Positions 1 through 9,775 of a stretch of DNA of 64,000 nt are shown here, piece by piece. How positions within the stretch are numbered: position 1 is the first letter of the stretch; each line of letters starts with the position of its first letter. The DNA comes from Nitrospirota bacterium (lineage in GTDB: Bacteria > Nitrospirota > Thermodesulfovibrionia > Thermodesulfovibrionales > UBA9159): contig JAJYIF010000018.1 of NCBI GenBank assembly GCA_021790195.1, positions 9,446 through 73,445 on the forward strand, in the 5' to 3' direction. The notes under the pieces are model-generated. The model did no database searches. It was given only the letters and a program-made list of their open reading frames with translations, and was not told the origin of the DNA. Position numbers and translations under genes: made by a program.

Positions 1-169
1 TGGATGAGTATTCCGAAAGCCACGCGATAAGATACCCCGCAATACAAAACAGTAGGGCGCGTCTTAATCCAAGATGCATCGAGCAGCCGAGAAGGTATAT
101 CAGGAGGAAGGCAAAAACATAAGGCCTGAGGAGGAGGGTATTCAGGGCCAGAAACGGAAGAGATTCCAT
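1..169 (-). CDS. Integral membrane protein, N-terminal part only (runs off window start); resembles carotenoid-biosynthesis-protein-type membrane proteins
   Basis: Own translation of minus strand from ATG 169-167: MESLPFLALNTLLLRPYVFAFLLIYLLGCSMHLGLRRALLFCIAGYLIAWLSEYSS, open to the window edge; start overlaps the hpnH stop (TGATG). Confidence 0.4.
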   Translation of the reverse strand, partial: MESLPFLALNTLLLRPYVFAFLLIYLLGCSMHLGLRRALLFCIAGYLIAWLSEYSS

Positions 170-1173
170 CAGGTCTTTTTCATGTTCCAGAGGGCGAGTC
201 TGACGAGGTCGCGCGGGCTGGAAAATGCGGTCCTCATGACCGTGGCTTCGTAACCGCTGTGCACCATGCAGTCCCTGCACCTTGGATCGAGGCCCGTCTC
301 ATATTTGTCCCAAGGCGTCTTTTCCATGAGCTCGGCGAAGGACTTGTAGTAGGCGTCTGTAATGAGATAGCAGGGGGATTTCCATCCGAGGGGGTTCCTG
401 GTGGGATTGCCCCACGGCGTGCAGCGCATCTGTCTTTTCCCCTGAAGGAAATCGACGTAAAGCGGCGTGCTCATAAAAGGAAAGCGATGGAAGAAATCCT
501 CCATCTCTATGAATACCTTCCTAGCCTCGCTCCTGTCAAGGAATATGTCGTCTTCTACCCTTTCGTAGTTAAAGGCGGGAGCTACGAGGACCCCGTCCAC
601 CTTCAAACTCTTGAGCAGCTCAAATAATCTCTCCAGTTCCTTCATGTCGGAAGTCTTATAGACAGAGGTGTTTGTGCTGACCCTGAACCCCTTCCGCTTG
701 GCCTTTCCTATAACTTCCACCGCTTTCTTGAATGTTCCCGCTTTATTCGTGATGCGGTCGTGCGTCTCCTCAAGACCGTCGAGATGGAAGTTCAGTGTGA
801 GCCTTGGATGCGGCTCAAAATCCTCGATAAAAGACTCAGAGAGGAGACCGTTGCTGCACAGGTAGATATGTCTTTTCAGGCCCAGGATTTCACGCACGAG
901 CGGCTTCAGGTCCGGATAGAGGAGAGGTTCTCCCCCGGTGATTGTTATTACCGGCGCCCCCGATTCGAGAACTGCCGATACGCATTGTTCCAAAGACAGG
1001 TCGGCGGACTGTTCCTTGTTATGGAGCCGTATCCTGTCGCAGCCGGCGCACGCGAGATTGCACCTGTGGGTCGGTTCGAGCATAAGGACCAGGGGAAAAC
1101 GCTTTCTCCCCGAAATGGAACTCTTAAGAAAAAGCGATGTCATCGCCAGATGAAGACTCAGCGGGAAACGCAT
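169..1173 (-). CDS. hpnH: Hopanoid-associated radical SAM protein (adenosylhopane synthase type)
   Basis: 334 aa; CNLACAGCD radical-SAM CxxxCxxC motif near the N-terminus; sits in a shc/hpnA/hpnN cluster. Confidence 0.8.
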   Translation of the reverse strand: MRFPLSLHLAMTSLFLKSSISGRKRFPLVLMLEPTHRCNLACAGCDRIRLHNKEQSADLSLEQCVSAVLESGAPVITITGGEPLLYPDLKPLVREILGLKRHIYLCSNGLLSESFIEDFEPHPRLTLNFHLDGLEETHDRITNKAGTFKKAVEVIGKAKRKGFRVSTNTSVYKTSDMKELERLFELLKSLKVDGVLVAPAFNYERVEDDIFLDRSEARKVFIEMEDFFHRFPFMSTPLYVDFLQGKRQMRCTPWGNPTRNPLGWKSPCYLITDAYYKSFAELMEKTPWDKYETGLDPRCRDCMVHSGYEATVMRTAFSSPRDLVRLALWNMKKT

Positions 1174-1261
1174 CGAATGTGTAAACCTCCGTCAATAAGT
1201 CTATAGTTTCGGCCGTTATGGCGAAACCGACATGGCGCCCAAAAGGCGCACCTGGTGACCG

Positions 1262-2263
1262 CTACCTGCTTACCTCTTTCCTCACGTATCCGTTTCTCCT
1301 GAACCAGATTATCGCCTTTTCCATCGCTTCCTCGACCGGACTTTGAGGCATCTTGAGCTCGTTTATCGCCTTTGAGGGATCGAAGAACATGAACTTTTTC
1401 GCCATCCTGACCCCGGTAAGCGGTATCCTCGGATGCTTCCGGGTCAGTCTCGATACGGCCTCGTCGGCATATGCGGCAAGCAGCACAGGGAAATAAGGCA
1501 GACGGACTTTAGGGGGCCTGAGCTTTGTCATCCGCGCAAGGGTACCAAAGAACTCACTGAGGGTGACATTCTTATTGCCTAGAATATATCTCTGGCCGGC
1601 CTTGCCGTGCTTGGAAGCGAGCCAATGGCCGGCGGCAACGTCCTCAACATCCACAAAATTCAGTCCTGTATTCAGATAGGCCGGGATCCTGCCGTTAAGG
1701 AAATCGACGATCATCTTTCCGGTTGGCGTAGGCTTCCTGTCCATCGGCCCGATGGGAGTCGACGGACAGACGACCACTACCGGGAGGCCTTTCTCGATGA
1801 AGCCGTAAGCCTCTTTCTCGGCCATGAACTTCGACCTCTTGTAGTGGCCCACCATTTCCTTTATGTCCGCAGAACTTTCTTCGTTGGAAGGTTTGCCGTT
1901 AGAGCTCGTAGGGAGGGTCCCGACGGTGCCTGTGTAAATCACCTTTTCCACGTCGAGCTGAAGGGCGGCCCGCATGACGTTCCTCGTCCCCTCGACATTT
2001 ATCTCATACATAGTTTCCGGATCGGGCACCCAGAGCCTGTAATCGGCGGCGAGATGGTAGACCTGCTCACAGCCCCTGAGAGCTCCACGCACCGAGTCGT
2101 AATCCCGCACGTCCCCCGCAAGCGGCTCCACGTCCATAGCCCTGAGCGCCGACGCATCGCTTCCCTCCCTCACAAGGGCCGCAACGCGGAGGCCTTTCCT
2201 GCTTAAAAGTCTGGCCACGTGATATCCGATGAAGCCCGTGGCTCCGGTCACAAGGACCTTCAA
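1262..2263 (-). CDS. hpnA: Hopanoid-associated NAD-dependent sugar epimerase/dehydratase family protein
   Basis: 333 aa; N-terminal Rossmann motif VTGATGFIG; 4-nt overlap with the shc stop. Confidence 0.7.
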   Translation of the reverse strand: MKVLVTGATGFIGYHVARLLSRKGLRVAALVREGSDASALRAMDVEPLAGDVRDYDSVRGALRGCEQVYHLAADYRLWVPDPETMYEINVEGTRNVMRAALQLDVEKVIYTGTVGTLPTSSNGKPSNEESSADIKEMVGHYKRSKFMAEKEAYGFIEKGLPVVVVCPSTPIGPMDRKPTPTGKMIVDFLNGRIPAYLNTGLNFVDVEDVAAGHWLASKHGKAGQRYILGNKNVTLSEFFGTLARMTKLRPPKVRLPYFPVLLAAYADEAVSRLTRKHPRIPLTGVRMAKKFMFFDPSKAINELKMPQSPVEEAMEKAIIWFRRNGYVRKEVSR

Positions 2264-4302
2264 CTCACCGCACCTTCGCTTGTCAGTTGTGAAAGAAACT
2301 TTCCGAGGGCCATCAAAGGGAAGCAGTTTCTGTAGTTGTGATAATTTATCATGAAATACTTTGGGAAACCCGTACCCGTAAAGGCCTCCTCATTCCAGGT
2401 GCCGTCTGCGTTTTGCGACATGAGGAGATAGTTTATGCCCCGAATTACCTGGTCGCACGATCCCTCGCCCGCCGCTATGAGCGCAAGTATGGCCCAGGCC
2501 GTCTGTGAGGGCGTACTTTCCCCGCGCCACTTCAGGGCGGGGTCTCCATAGGATTCACAACACTCTCCCCACCCGCCGTCCTGATGTTGCATGTTCTTCA
2601 GCCATGCGATCGACTTCCTTATATACGGCTTTCTCATGTCCTCACCTACAGAACTGAGACCCATCAGCACGGACCATGTGCCGTTAATGTAATTCACGCC
2701 CCATCTGCTCCACCAGGAGCCGTCCTGCTCCTGCGTCTTTTCAAGGAAAGCCAAGGCCCTTTTTACCATGTCGTCGGACAAGCCATAACCGAGTTGTCCG
2801 ACAAGTTCAAGCACCCTTCCGGTGAGGTCGGGAGAGCTGGGATCTATCATCGCTTCCAGATCACCGAAGGGAAGCTGATTGAATATCCTCATGTTATTAT
2901 CGACGTCGAAAGCCCCCCATCCCCCGTCTTTGCCCTGCATGCCGAGCACCCATTGGAGGGCCTTTTCCTTATTCTCACGGGAAATGAGGCCTTTGTCCTC
3001 AAAGCGGTTAAGGAGCATCAGGACCACGGCTGTATCGTCTACATCCGGATACCAGTCATTCTGGAATTCAAAGGCCCATCCCCCGGAAGGGAGATCAGGT
3101 CTCTTGACACTCCAGTCGCCTTTTTCAAAAATCTGTTTCGAGGCCAACCATTGACAGGCCTCGACAAGAGAGGGATGGTCCTTGTCCATCCCGGAATAGA
3201 GAAGGCCAAGCGCGGCGAGCGCCGTGTCCCATACCGGAGAAATACATGCCTGCAGGAGAAGTTCGTCATCGGTCTCGATGGTAAACCGTTCGAGCGCCTC
3301 AAGGCCCCTTCTGAACGGCTCGCTGGAAGCACCATATCCCAAAGCTGCAAGGGCGAGAACGGAATTGATCATTGCCGGCTGAATACCGCCCCAGTCTCCT
3401 GTCTTTTCCTGGTGCTCCAGTATCCATCTCTCTGTATATTTCATCGCCCTCTTCCTCAGAGGCCTCAATGGAAAACGCTCCATGATCTTCATGACGCTGT
3501 CAAGGACCAGAAAGAACCTCTTCCAGGAAAGGAAAGGCAGGCGCTTAGCCGTGATCGGCGGCCGCCTGGAACGGTCTTTATACAGCTCATCGATTCCCTC
3601 GCTTTCGCGTATCGCTCCGAGCGGCTTTATCTCAAGGACAACGGAGAGAGGGACTATGGTGGACCTTGCCCAGCTCGAAAGGTTATAAATGTTGATGGGA
3701 AACCAGTGAGGAAGGAGATTTATCTCGGGCGGAATGGAGGGGATGGCCTTCCAGTCGAATTCCCCGAAAAGGGCGAGAAATATCTTGGTGAAGACACGCG
3801 ACGCTTCGACCCCGCCCTTTCCAAGGATGAACGCCTTTGACTTGAGCAGGCGCTCATCGCTTGCCGGGAGACCCGCGAGCTTCAGGGCAAAATACGCCTC
3901 TATGGTTGTGCTCAGATCGCCCTCGCCTCCGTAATGGATCGACCATGTGCCGTCGCTCCGCTGATGTTTCAGTATGTGATTTGCCATTTTCCGTTCCCTC
4001 TCTGCATCGTTCAATCCGAGGAAGCGGAGCAGCATGAGATATTCGGAGGTCATGGTCACGTTCGATTCCAGCTCGTACCACCAGTAGCCGTCGTTATGTT
4101 GTCTGTCTATGTAATATGAGTGAGTCCTCCGGATAGCCTGCGAGACGCCTTCAAACAACCCGTTGAAGTCGGATGTTGTCAGTGTCAACAAGGATTCGTC
4201 TTTCCGCTCGGTCGCAAGCATTAAAGAGTCCTCTCTCAGGGGTTGCTTGAAAAGTCTATTCTTCATATCTCCTAAAGGTATCCTTGTCCTTATATTCCGC
4301 AT
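2260..4302 (-). CDS. shc: Squalene-hopene cyclase
   Basis: 680 aa; catalytic DVDDTA motif; repeated QW-type motifs (QxxDGGWG / QNADGTW / QEQDGSWW). Confidence 0.9.
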   Translation of the reverse strand: MRNIRTRIPLGDMKNRLFKQPLREDSLMLATERKDESLLTLTTSDFNGLFEGVSQAIRRTHSYYIDRQHNDGYWWYELESNVTMTSEYLMLLRFLGLNDAERERKMANHILKHQRSDGTWSIHYGGEGDLSTTIEAYFALKLAGLPASDERLLKSKAFILGKGGVEASRVFTKIFLALFGEFDWKAIPSIPPEINLLPHWFPINIYNLSSWARSTIVPLSVVLEIKPLGAIRESEGIDELYKDRSRRPPITAKRLPFLSWKRFFLVLDSVMKIMERFPLRPLRKRAMKYTERWILEHQEKTGDWGGIQPAMINSVLALAALGYGASSEPFRRGLEALERFTIETDDELLLQACISPVWDTALAALGLLYSGMDKDHPSLVEACQWLASKQIFEKGDWSVKRPDLPSGGWAFEFQNDWYPDVDDTAVVLMLLNRFEDKGLISRENKEKALQWVLGMQGKDGGWGAFDVDNNMRIFNQLPFGDLEAMIDPSSPDLTGRVLELVGQLGYGLSDDMVKRALAFLEKTQEQDGSWWSRWGVNYINGTWSVLMGLSSVGEDMRKPYIRKSIAWLKNMQHQDGGWGECCESYGDPALKWRGESTPSQTAWAILALIAAGEGSCDQVIRGINYLLMSQNADGTWNEEAFTGTGFPKYFMINYHNYRNCFPLMALGKFLSQLTSEGAVS

Positions 4303-4315
4303 CGGTTCAAAAGTG

Positions 4316-5197
4316 CTATAGCAGCTCGCCGGCCGTCCTGCGGACCGTCAGCGGCCCTGAAACTTCTTCGTAACCGGTCAGTGTTATCCCGAAAGAATAG
4401 AGCCGGTTTTTCACAACGCTCGAAGTAAGCGCCTCCAGTTCCCTTTTCCCAGCGGATGTCGACGCATCCGGGTGAGCGAAGAACTCGCTCATGGGGCTGT
4501 CGATGAGACCTAAAATTTTCAGAAGATACTCTTCATCAACGTCTTCCGTGCGGGAAAGGCCGTAAACACGACTTGTCGCGCGCATCCCATATTTTCTGGC
4601 TGTCCTTAAATTATAAATACTTAGCATACCAAAAACCGCCCATTCTATGAAAGGCATAAGACCGCGCGAAGGGGAACGCAGTCCCAAAACTACCCCGAGA
4701 GGCTCAGCGGGAAGACGGACCCAGGATATCCCCCGCCTTGAGGCTTGACGGCATACCACATCGAAGACGGCCGGATGCATGTGCAGGTGATGATGGCCGT
4801 TCACAAAGGTCGCATGAATTCCGGCTTTTTCTATCCGGTCGAATTGCGCGTCCACTTCAGCCTCGGCCTGGGAAAGGATGCCGCTTCTCATAAACTTCAT
4901 CCACGCCGAGACCGGACTCTGCTCCATCTGGCCGGTCCGGTCGACAAGGTCCGGTATGGCTGAATTCGGAAGCACAGCCCTCCCGTCGCAAAGGGTCACA
5001 TGCACGCCGACGCAGAGACGCAGGTCGCGCGCGATCTCTACCGCCTCCTCAAAGGCTTCTCCTCCCGCCATCATGCTGGCCGAGGTCAGAATTCCGCTGC
5101 GCCTCGCTTCGGCAATGGCAAGATTGACTGACGTGGAGCGGCCAAGATCATCGGCCACGGTCACAAGAAGTCTTTCCTTCAAGTGAGCGTTATCCAT
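4316..5197 (-). CDS. hpnK: YdjC/ChbG-family deacetylase, hopanoid-associated HpnK type
   Basis: 293 aa; N-terminal ADDLGRS and HxHxH-like GHHHLHMHP motifs typical of the YdjC fold; cluster context. Confidence 0.65.
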   Translation of the reverse strand: MDNAHLKERLLVTVADDLGRSTSVNLAIAEARRSGILTSASMMAGGEAFEEAVEIARDLRLCVGVHVTLCDGRAVLPNSAIPDLVDRTGQMEQSPVSAWMKFMRSGILSQAEAEVDAQFDRIEKAGIHATFVNGHHHLHMHPAVFDVVCRQASRRGISWVRLPAEPLGVVLGLRSPSRGLMPFIEWAVFGMLSIYNLRTARKYGMRATSRVYGLSRTEDVDEEYLLKILGLIDSPMSEFFAHPDASTSAGKRELEALTSSVVKNRLYSFGITLTGYEEVSGPLTVRRTAGELL

Positions 5198-5305
5198 GCG
5201 GCTGTTCTAAAGACTGCTTTCAGGACACATATAATGGTCAGCAAGATCAAGTTAAAGTTTAGCAGATCCTTTCTCTTTTACAAGTCGAAGTCCGGATATC
5301 GGGCT

Positions 5306-7948
5306 TCAGTCAATGCGCTTCAGCCGGTTTCTTGACAAATACAGCAGGGCCGGCAGCAGGACAAGCGTCGAAAGCATCAGGAAGGCTAGGCATATTGTGA
5401 GGATCATGCCCATGCTCGCGATCCCCCTGTGGGCGGAAAAGGCGAGGCTGCCGGTGCTGATAAACAACGTCAATGTGCTGAGGAGTATGGCGCGCGCGGT
5501 GCTCGTCCTAAGCATGTTGCCGTCTGCCGGGGGCTCCGTCCAAAAGCGGAGGAAAAAGAGGATGCCGCTATGGACCCCTATGCCCAGGAGAAGGGGCACC
5601 ACTATCACATTGGCAAAGTTGAGGGGTATCCCGGAGAGGACGGAGGCCGCAGCCGTGAGCAGCATCGCCAGAAGAAGCGGGGCGAGTATCAGGCCTGTCA
5701 CAAATAGGTTCCTCAATTCGATCAATAGATAGACGGCTATCACTATAAGGGCTGAAACCGTTGCCTGCCGGAAGGACGAGACCACGGCCTTTCCCGATTC
5801 GTAGATCGTCACGGGCGCGTCGGTTGCATCAGGCGCCACGGACCGCACAGCCCGCACAAAACCGACAAGGGCCTGCCTGTTCATCAGATCCTCCCTTGGA
5901 AAAACCTGGATACGATATCGTCCGTCCGTCGATATGTATTGATCGATCAGCTCCTTCGGCAGGCCGGACATTTCCACCGGGCCGGCTTGCATGGAGGCGT
6001 CGAGCATGTCAAAGAGAAACGGGAGATTGGACAGTAAGGAGCTCTCCAGAGAGGCGAGGAGCTTCGCCCCTTTATCGCGGTCTTGAATTGCGGCCTTGAA
6101 GCGCTGAATGCTTTCGTGCAATCGCCTTGCAGAGGGGTCTTCCGTCTTTGCGGATGACAGAAAGCTCTTTAGCGACTTCTCAAAGTTGTCGAGCGCTGCG
6201 GAGTCTTCCCCGTAGCTCAGGTGCTTCACACTGACGCCCTTCAGTTTTGGAGGCATGAAAAGTCCGAGGTCCGAGATTATCCTCAGCTTTTCCTGCTGGT
6301 CGTCGGGAACAAAGTCAAAGGGCGTAATGACCTGCCTCACTTCTTTGAGGCCTCTCAGTTTGTCGGCCAGACCTTCGGTCTTTTCTTTCCCGTTCACAAG
6401 TATCGAGATCGTCCAGGGAGAAGACTCCGGGTCCTTGAAGAGTTCCTTAATAGCGGCGATCGCCTCGGATTTCTTGTCGTAAAGATTCAGCGGATTGTAG
6501 TCGAAGCGGACCCTTGGAAGAAACACCGCGGAGCCCAGACCCAGCAGGACGGCGACCGTTACAACGGCCTTGTAATGCTTGTAGGGAAGGTCCGTAATCG
6601 TTTTAACACCCGATAAGCCCGGAGACTTGCTCCTTCTCAGTGGCAAGAGCGTCAGAATGGCCGGAAGCAATGTCAGGTTCGCGAAAAAGCTTATGAACAT
6701 GCCGGTGCCCGAGATGAGACCGAGTTCACCGACCCCGGCATATGCCGTGGGTACAAACGAGTAAAAACCTATCGCTATAGTTATACAACTTACGAGCAGG
6801 CTTCTGCCGACTCCCTTTGCGGTCGTGACGATGCTGTTTTCGTGCTGAAGACCGGACCTGATCAATTCCCTGTATCGCAGGCAGAACTGAATGCTGTAAT
6901 CTATGCCGAGACCGATAAAGAGCACGGCGAAGGTGACCGAAATCAGATTGAGGCTGCCGATAAAGGCTATGGCAAAACCGGTGGTCCATATCAGTCCGGT
7001 AATAAGGGTCGCCAGACTAGCAAAGACAAGTCGTCCCGACCTTCCAAGACCGAAATAAAGAATGACGGCTACGAGTAAGAGAGAAACAAGAGTCGCGATC
7101 CCGACCGTCTTTCTGACCTCAATCAGATTTTCCTCGGACAATGCCACGTCGCCCGTGAGGCGGACGGTGACACCCTTTCCTTCGTCGAGCCCGAGCTCCT
7201 TGACGGCGCGGCGGACCGCTTCGAGGGGGACCTCTCCGGAAGAAAACTCCGAGTTGTCCAGGTAGGGCCTCACAATGACGAACTGGTGAAGCTGTCTTTC
7301 AGCCTCCTTTTTCCCGAGCATGATCTCCTGCCATGAAAGACGGTTCGGACGCCCCGTGGCTGCGCTATCGAAGGCCTTGCTCATCCCGTCGAACAGGAGG
7401 TCGAGCCTTTTCTCCGGGACCGCTTCTCCACCCGCCTGCGTCAGCGCTTTTCCGAGCGCCGAAAAAAGTCCCCGGAGACTCATGTCCTGTGAGAGAAGGG
7501 CGAGTAAGGGCTGCGCCTCCGCCAGCTTGTCCCCGAGATCCTCCAGTTCCTTCGTGCTCAGATAGAGGAGCCCGTTCTTTTCAAAGAAACTTCCGCCCCC
7601 CGGCTCTTCCACAGATTTGAACAAGGCCGTCTCCTTCCTCAACCTCTCCGCCAGGAGATTTCGGGCCTCTACCGCCTGCTCGGGCGTTTCACCGTCTATT
7701 ACCGCCACGATCGTATCGGTCTGTTGAGGGAACGCCTTCGAGTAATCCTTCTCCAGCTTGCGGAAGGGGAGTTTCTCGGAGATCATGCTCTCGGTGTCTA
7801 CATTGATCTTGAAATTGACGATAGAGTAGTAGAGTATCCCTGCCGTGCCCAGCGCAACGAGGATCACGACCCACAGGGCATAGCGCTGCATGGAAGAGAC
7901 CCACCATTCGAGCAGTCGCTTCGGATAATCCATTGAGCGTCCGATCAT
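5306..7948 (-). CDS. hpnN: RND/MMPL-type hopanoid transporter
   Basis: 880 aa; two blocks of about 6 TM helices separated by large soluble loops; hopanoid cluster context. Confidence 0.75.
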   Translation of the reverse strand: MIGRSMDYPKRLLEWWVSSMQRYALWVVILVALGTAGILYYSIVNFKINVDTESMISEKLPFRKLEKDYSKAFPQQTDTIVAVIDGETPEQAVEARNLLAERLRKETALFKSVEEPGGGSFFEKNGLLYLSTKELEDLGDKLAEAQPLLALLSQDMSLRGLFSALGKALTQAGGEAVPEKRLDLLFDGMSKAFDSAATGRPNRLSWQEIMLGKKEAERQLHQFVIVRPYLDNSEFSSGEVPLEAVRRAVKELGLDEGKGVTVRLTGDVALSEENLIEVRKTVGIATLVSLLLVAVILYFGLGRSGRLVFASLATLITGLIWTTGFAIAFIGSLNLISVTFAVLFIGLGIDYSIQFCLRYRELIRSGLQHENSIVTTAKGVGRSLLVSCITIAIGFYSFVPTAYAGVGELGLISGTGMFISFFANLTLLPAILTLLPLRRSKSPGLSGVKTITDLPYKHYKAVVTVAVLLGLGSAVFLPRVRFDYNPLNLYDKKSEAIAAIKELFKDPESSPWTISILVNGKEKTEGLADKLRGLKEVRQVITPFDFVPDDQQEKLRIISDLGLFMPPKLKGVSVKHLSYGEDSAALDNFEKSLKSFLSSAKTEDPSARRLHESIQRFKAAIQDRDKGAKLLASLESSLLSNLPFLFDMLDASMQAGPVEMSGLPKELIDQYISTDGRYRIQVFPREDLMNRQALVGFVRAVRSVAPDATDAPVTIYESGKAVVSSFRQATVSALIVIAVYLLIELRNLFVTGLILAPLLLAMLLTAAASVLSGIPLNFANVIVVPLLLGIGVHSGILFFLRFWTEPPADGNMLRTSTARAILLSTLTLFISTGSLAFSAHRGIASMGMILTICLAFLMLSTLVLLPALLYLSRNRLKRID

Positions 7949-7963
7949 TTTCTAAGATTCTCC

Positions 7964-8707
7964 GTGAAAAGTATTCCCAAGCCGGCTTTTTTTGAGTATT
8001 ATAATAACATGAGGGCTGGTGAAAGAAAGGATTGCTGTTACAACAGGGGCAGGCTTTCCCGTTCGACGGACGCCCCGGCTGTGCGGCGCAAAGGTCTCCT
8101 GCTTGTTTCAGGAGCGCTTTTTCTTGTGTGCGCGCTCATCTCTTCCCTTCCCGCGGCTATAGAAAAACCAGGGCCGGCCGATGTAATAAAGAGGTTCAAC
8201 TCGACGCTTCTTGAGTCGATGAAGAAGGCCGACGAGCTTGGTTATCGGGGCCGCTACAATCTTCTTGAACCCATCATCAGGGATTCCTTCGCGCTCTCTT
8301 TCATGGCCGACCAGAGTGTAGGAAGATACTGGAGGGGCCTGAAGGAGGAGGAGCGGAAGGCGTTTCTGAAGACATATACCGAGTGGACGATCGCTACATA
8401 TGCGGCCCGCTTTGACGGTTATTCAGGAGAAAAGTTCGAGACCGTCTCGGAGTCGGGACCGGAGAGGGGCATCGTCACGGTTCTGAGCAAGATCATCGAG
8501 CCGGAAAAAGATTCGGTGGACTTTTATTATAAACTCCGGAAGATGGATAACAAGTGGCTCATCGTCGACATTCAGATGTCGGGAGTAAGTCAGCTCGCTC
8601 TTACGAGGGCCCAGTTTGTGAGCGTGATCAAGAACAAGGGCTTCAACAACCTGGCGGCGATGCTGCGAAAGAAGATCGAGGCATTTGCGAAAGGAAAGGA
8701 ACAATGA
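7964..8707 (+). CDS. hpnM: MlaC/Ttg2D-like periplasmic lipid-binding protein (HpnM type)
   Basis: 247 aa (true start may be internal); signal-like hydrophobic segment, then an MlaC-like core ending KWLIVDIQMSGVSQLALTRAQF; divergent from hpnN. Confidence 0.6.
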   Translation: MKSIPKPAFFEYYNNMRAGERKDCCYNRGRLSRSTDAPAVRRKGLLLVSGALFLVCALISSLPAAIEKPGPADVIKRFNSTLLESMKKADELGYRGRYNLLEPIIRDSFALSFMADQSVGRYWRGLKEEERKAFLKTYTEWTIATYAARFDGYSGEKFETVSESGPERGIVTVLSKIIEPEKDSVDFYYKLRKMDNKWLIVDIQMSGVSQLALTRAQFVSVIKNKGFNNLAAMLRKKIEAFAKGKEQ

Positions 8708-9579
8708 AAACGAGATTCCAGGGAAATGGCTCCGGCAGGCAGACTGCGGGAAGATGTTTCGAAAAGATTTCGTTGGGTTTGGTTCTGATGTTTTTCCTTC
8801 TATTGCCGGTTATTGTTTATGCTGAGACACCTTCGTCTTCCGGTGCAAAAGAAGGGGCTGTCGCAGGAGAGGCAGGTCCTGGAGGCGCGGATATTTCAAA
8901 GAAGGATGGGGCGGACGTGACGGACGCGGCTGCGGAAAAGGAGACCGGGCCTGAAGAAATTGCTCCTGAAGAATCTATACCGGACCCTCTTGAGCCCTGG
9001 AACCGTGCCATGTTCACGTTCAACGACAGATTGTATTTCTGGGTGATGAGGCCGGTGTCCAAGGGATACAACGCGGTTTTCCCGGAGCCGGTACGCGTTT
9101 CCGTGAATAATTTCTTCAGCAACTTATCGACGCCTGTCAGGTTCGTCAATTGCCTTCTTCAGGCCCAGCTGAAGTGCGCGGGCATTGAGCTCGCCCGTCT
9201 GAGTGTCAACAGCACTATCGGTTTCGGCGGCCTTTTCGATGTGGCCAGGTATAATTGGCACATGGAAAAGCAGGACAAGGACTTCGGTCAAACCCTCGGG
9301 TCTTACGGCATAAAGGACGGCTTCTATATCATCTGGCCCTTCCTCGGGCCCTCGTCTTTAAGGGACACCGTCGGAATGGTGGGAGACGGCTATCTGACTC
9401 CGTGGGATTACCTTACGCCCTGGTACAACGCGGCCGGCGCCGACGCGGGTAATTACTTTAATGAGAATGCGTTGACTATAGACGATTACAAGGATTTCAA
9501 GGAATCGGCCATCGAGCCGTACGTAGCCCTCAGAGACGCCTTCTTCCAGCATAGGCAGAGCCTGTATAAGAAAGAGTAG
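8704..9579 (+). CDS. mlaA: MlaA/VacJ-family outer-membrane lipoprotein
   Basis: In-frame ATG at 8704 overlaps the hpnM stop (ATGA); DPLEPWNRAMFTFNDRLYFWVMRPVSKGY is the VacJ signature region. Confidence 0.7.
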   Translation: MKTRFQGNGSGRQTAGRCFEKISLGLVLMFFLLLPVIVYAETPSSSGAKEGAVAGEAGPGGADISKKDGADVTDAAAEKETGPEEIAPEESIPDPLEPWNRAMFTFNDRLYFWVMRPVSKGYNAVFPEPVRVSVNNFFSNLSTPVRFVNCLLQAQLKCAGIELARLSVNSTIGFGGLFDVARYNWHMEKQDKDFGQTLGSYGIKDGFYIIWPFLGPSSLRDTVGMVGDGYLTPWDYLTPWYNAAGADAGNYFNENALTIDDYKDFKESAIEPYVALRDAFFQHRQSLYKKE

Positions 9580-9656
9580 GCATTTGAAAGACGGACGCAG
9601 CCCATTGATTGGTATCTTAGAAGATAGAACTCATATAAAATTACGGGAATATTCCG

Positions 9657-9738
9657 CGCAAAGACGCCAGGTCGCAAAGGAAGAAAGATTGCCTCGATGA
9701 GCATAAGCTCGGAATGTCTTCCCTTTGCGTGCTTTGCG
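9657..9738. terminator. Long imperfect palindrome between convergent genes (candidate bidirectional terminator)
   Basis: Left arm cgcaaagacgccaggtcgcaaaggaag pairs with right arm cttccctttgcgtgctttgcg; lies between the mlaA stop and the IPTL-CTERM gene stop. Confidence 0.35.
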
Positions 9739-9775
9739 TGAGAATTTCTTTGCATCCGGCTTTGCCGGGTTGGGA

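Noticed and set aside
2584-3840. 418-aa ORF on the plus strand
   Set aside because: It lies entirely antisense to squalene-hopene cyclase, whose motifs (DDTA, QW repeats) are unambiguous. Its composition is rich in R/P/G/H with no motifs, as expected for a shadow ORF.
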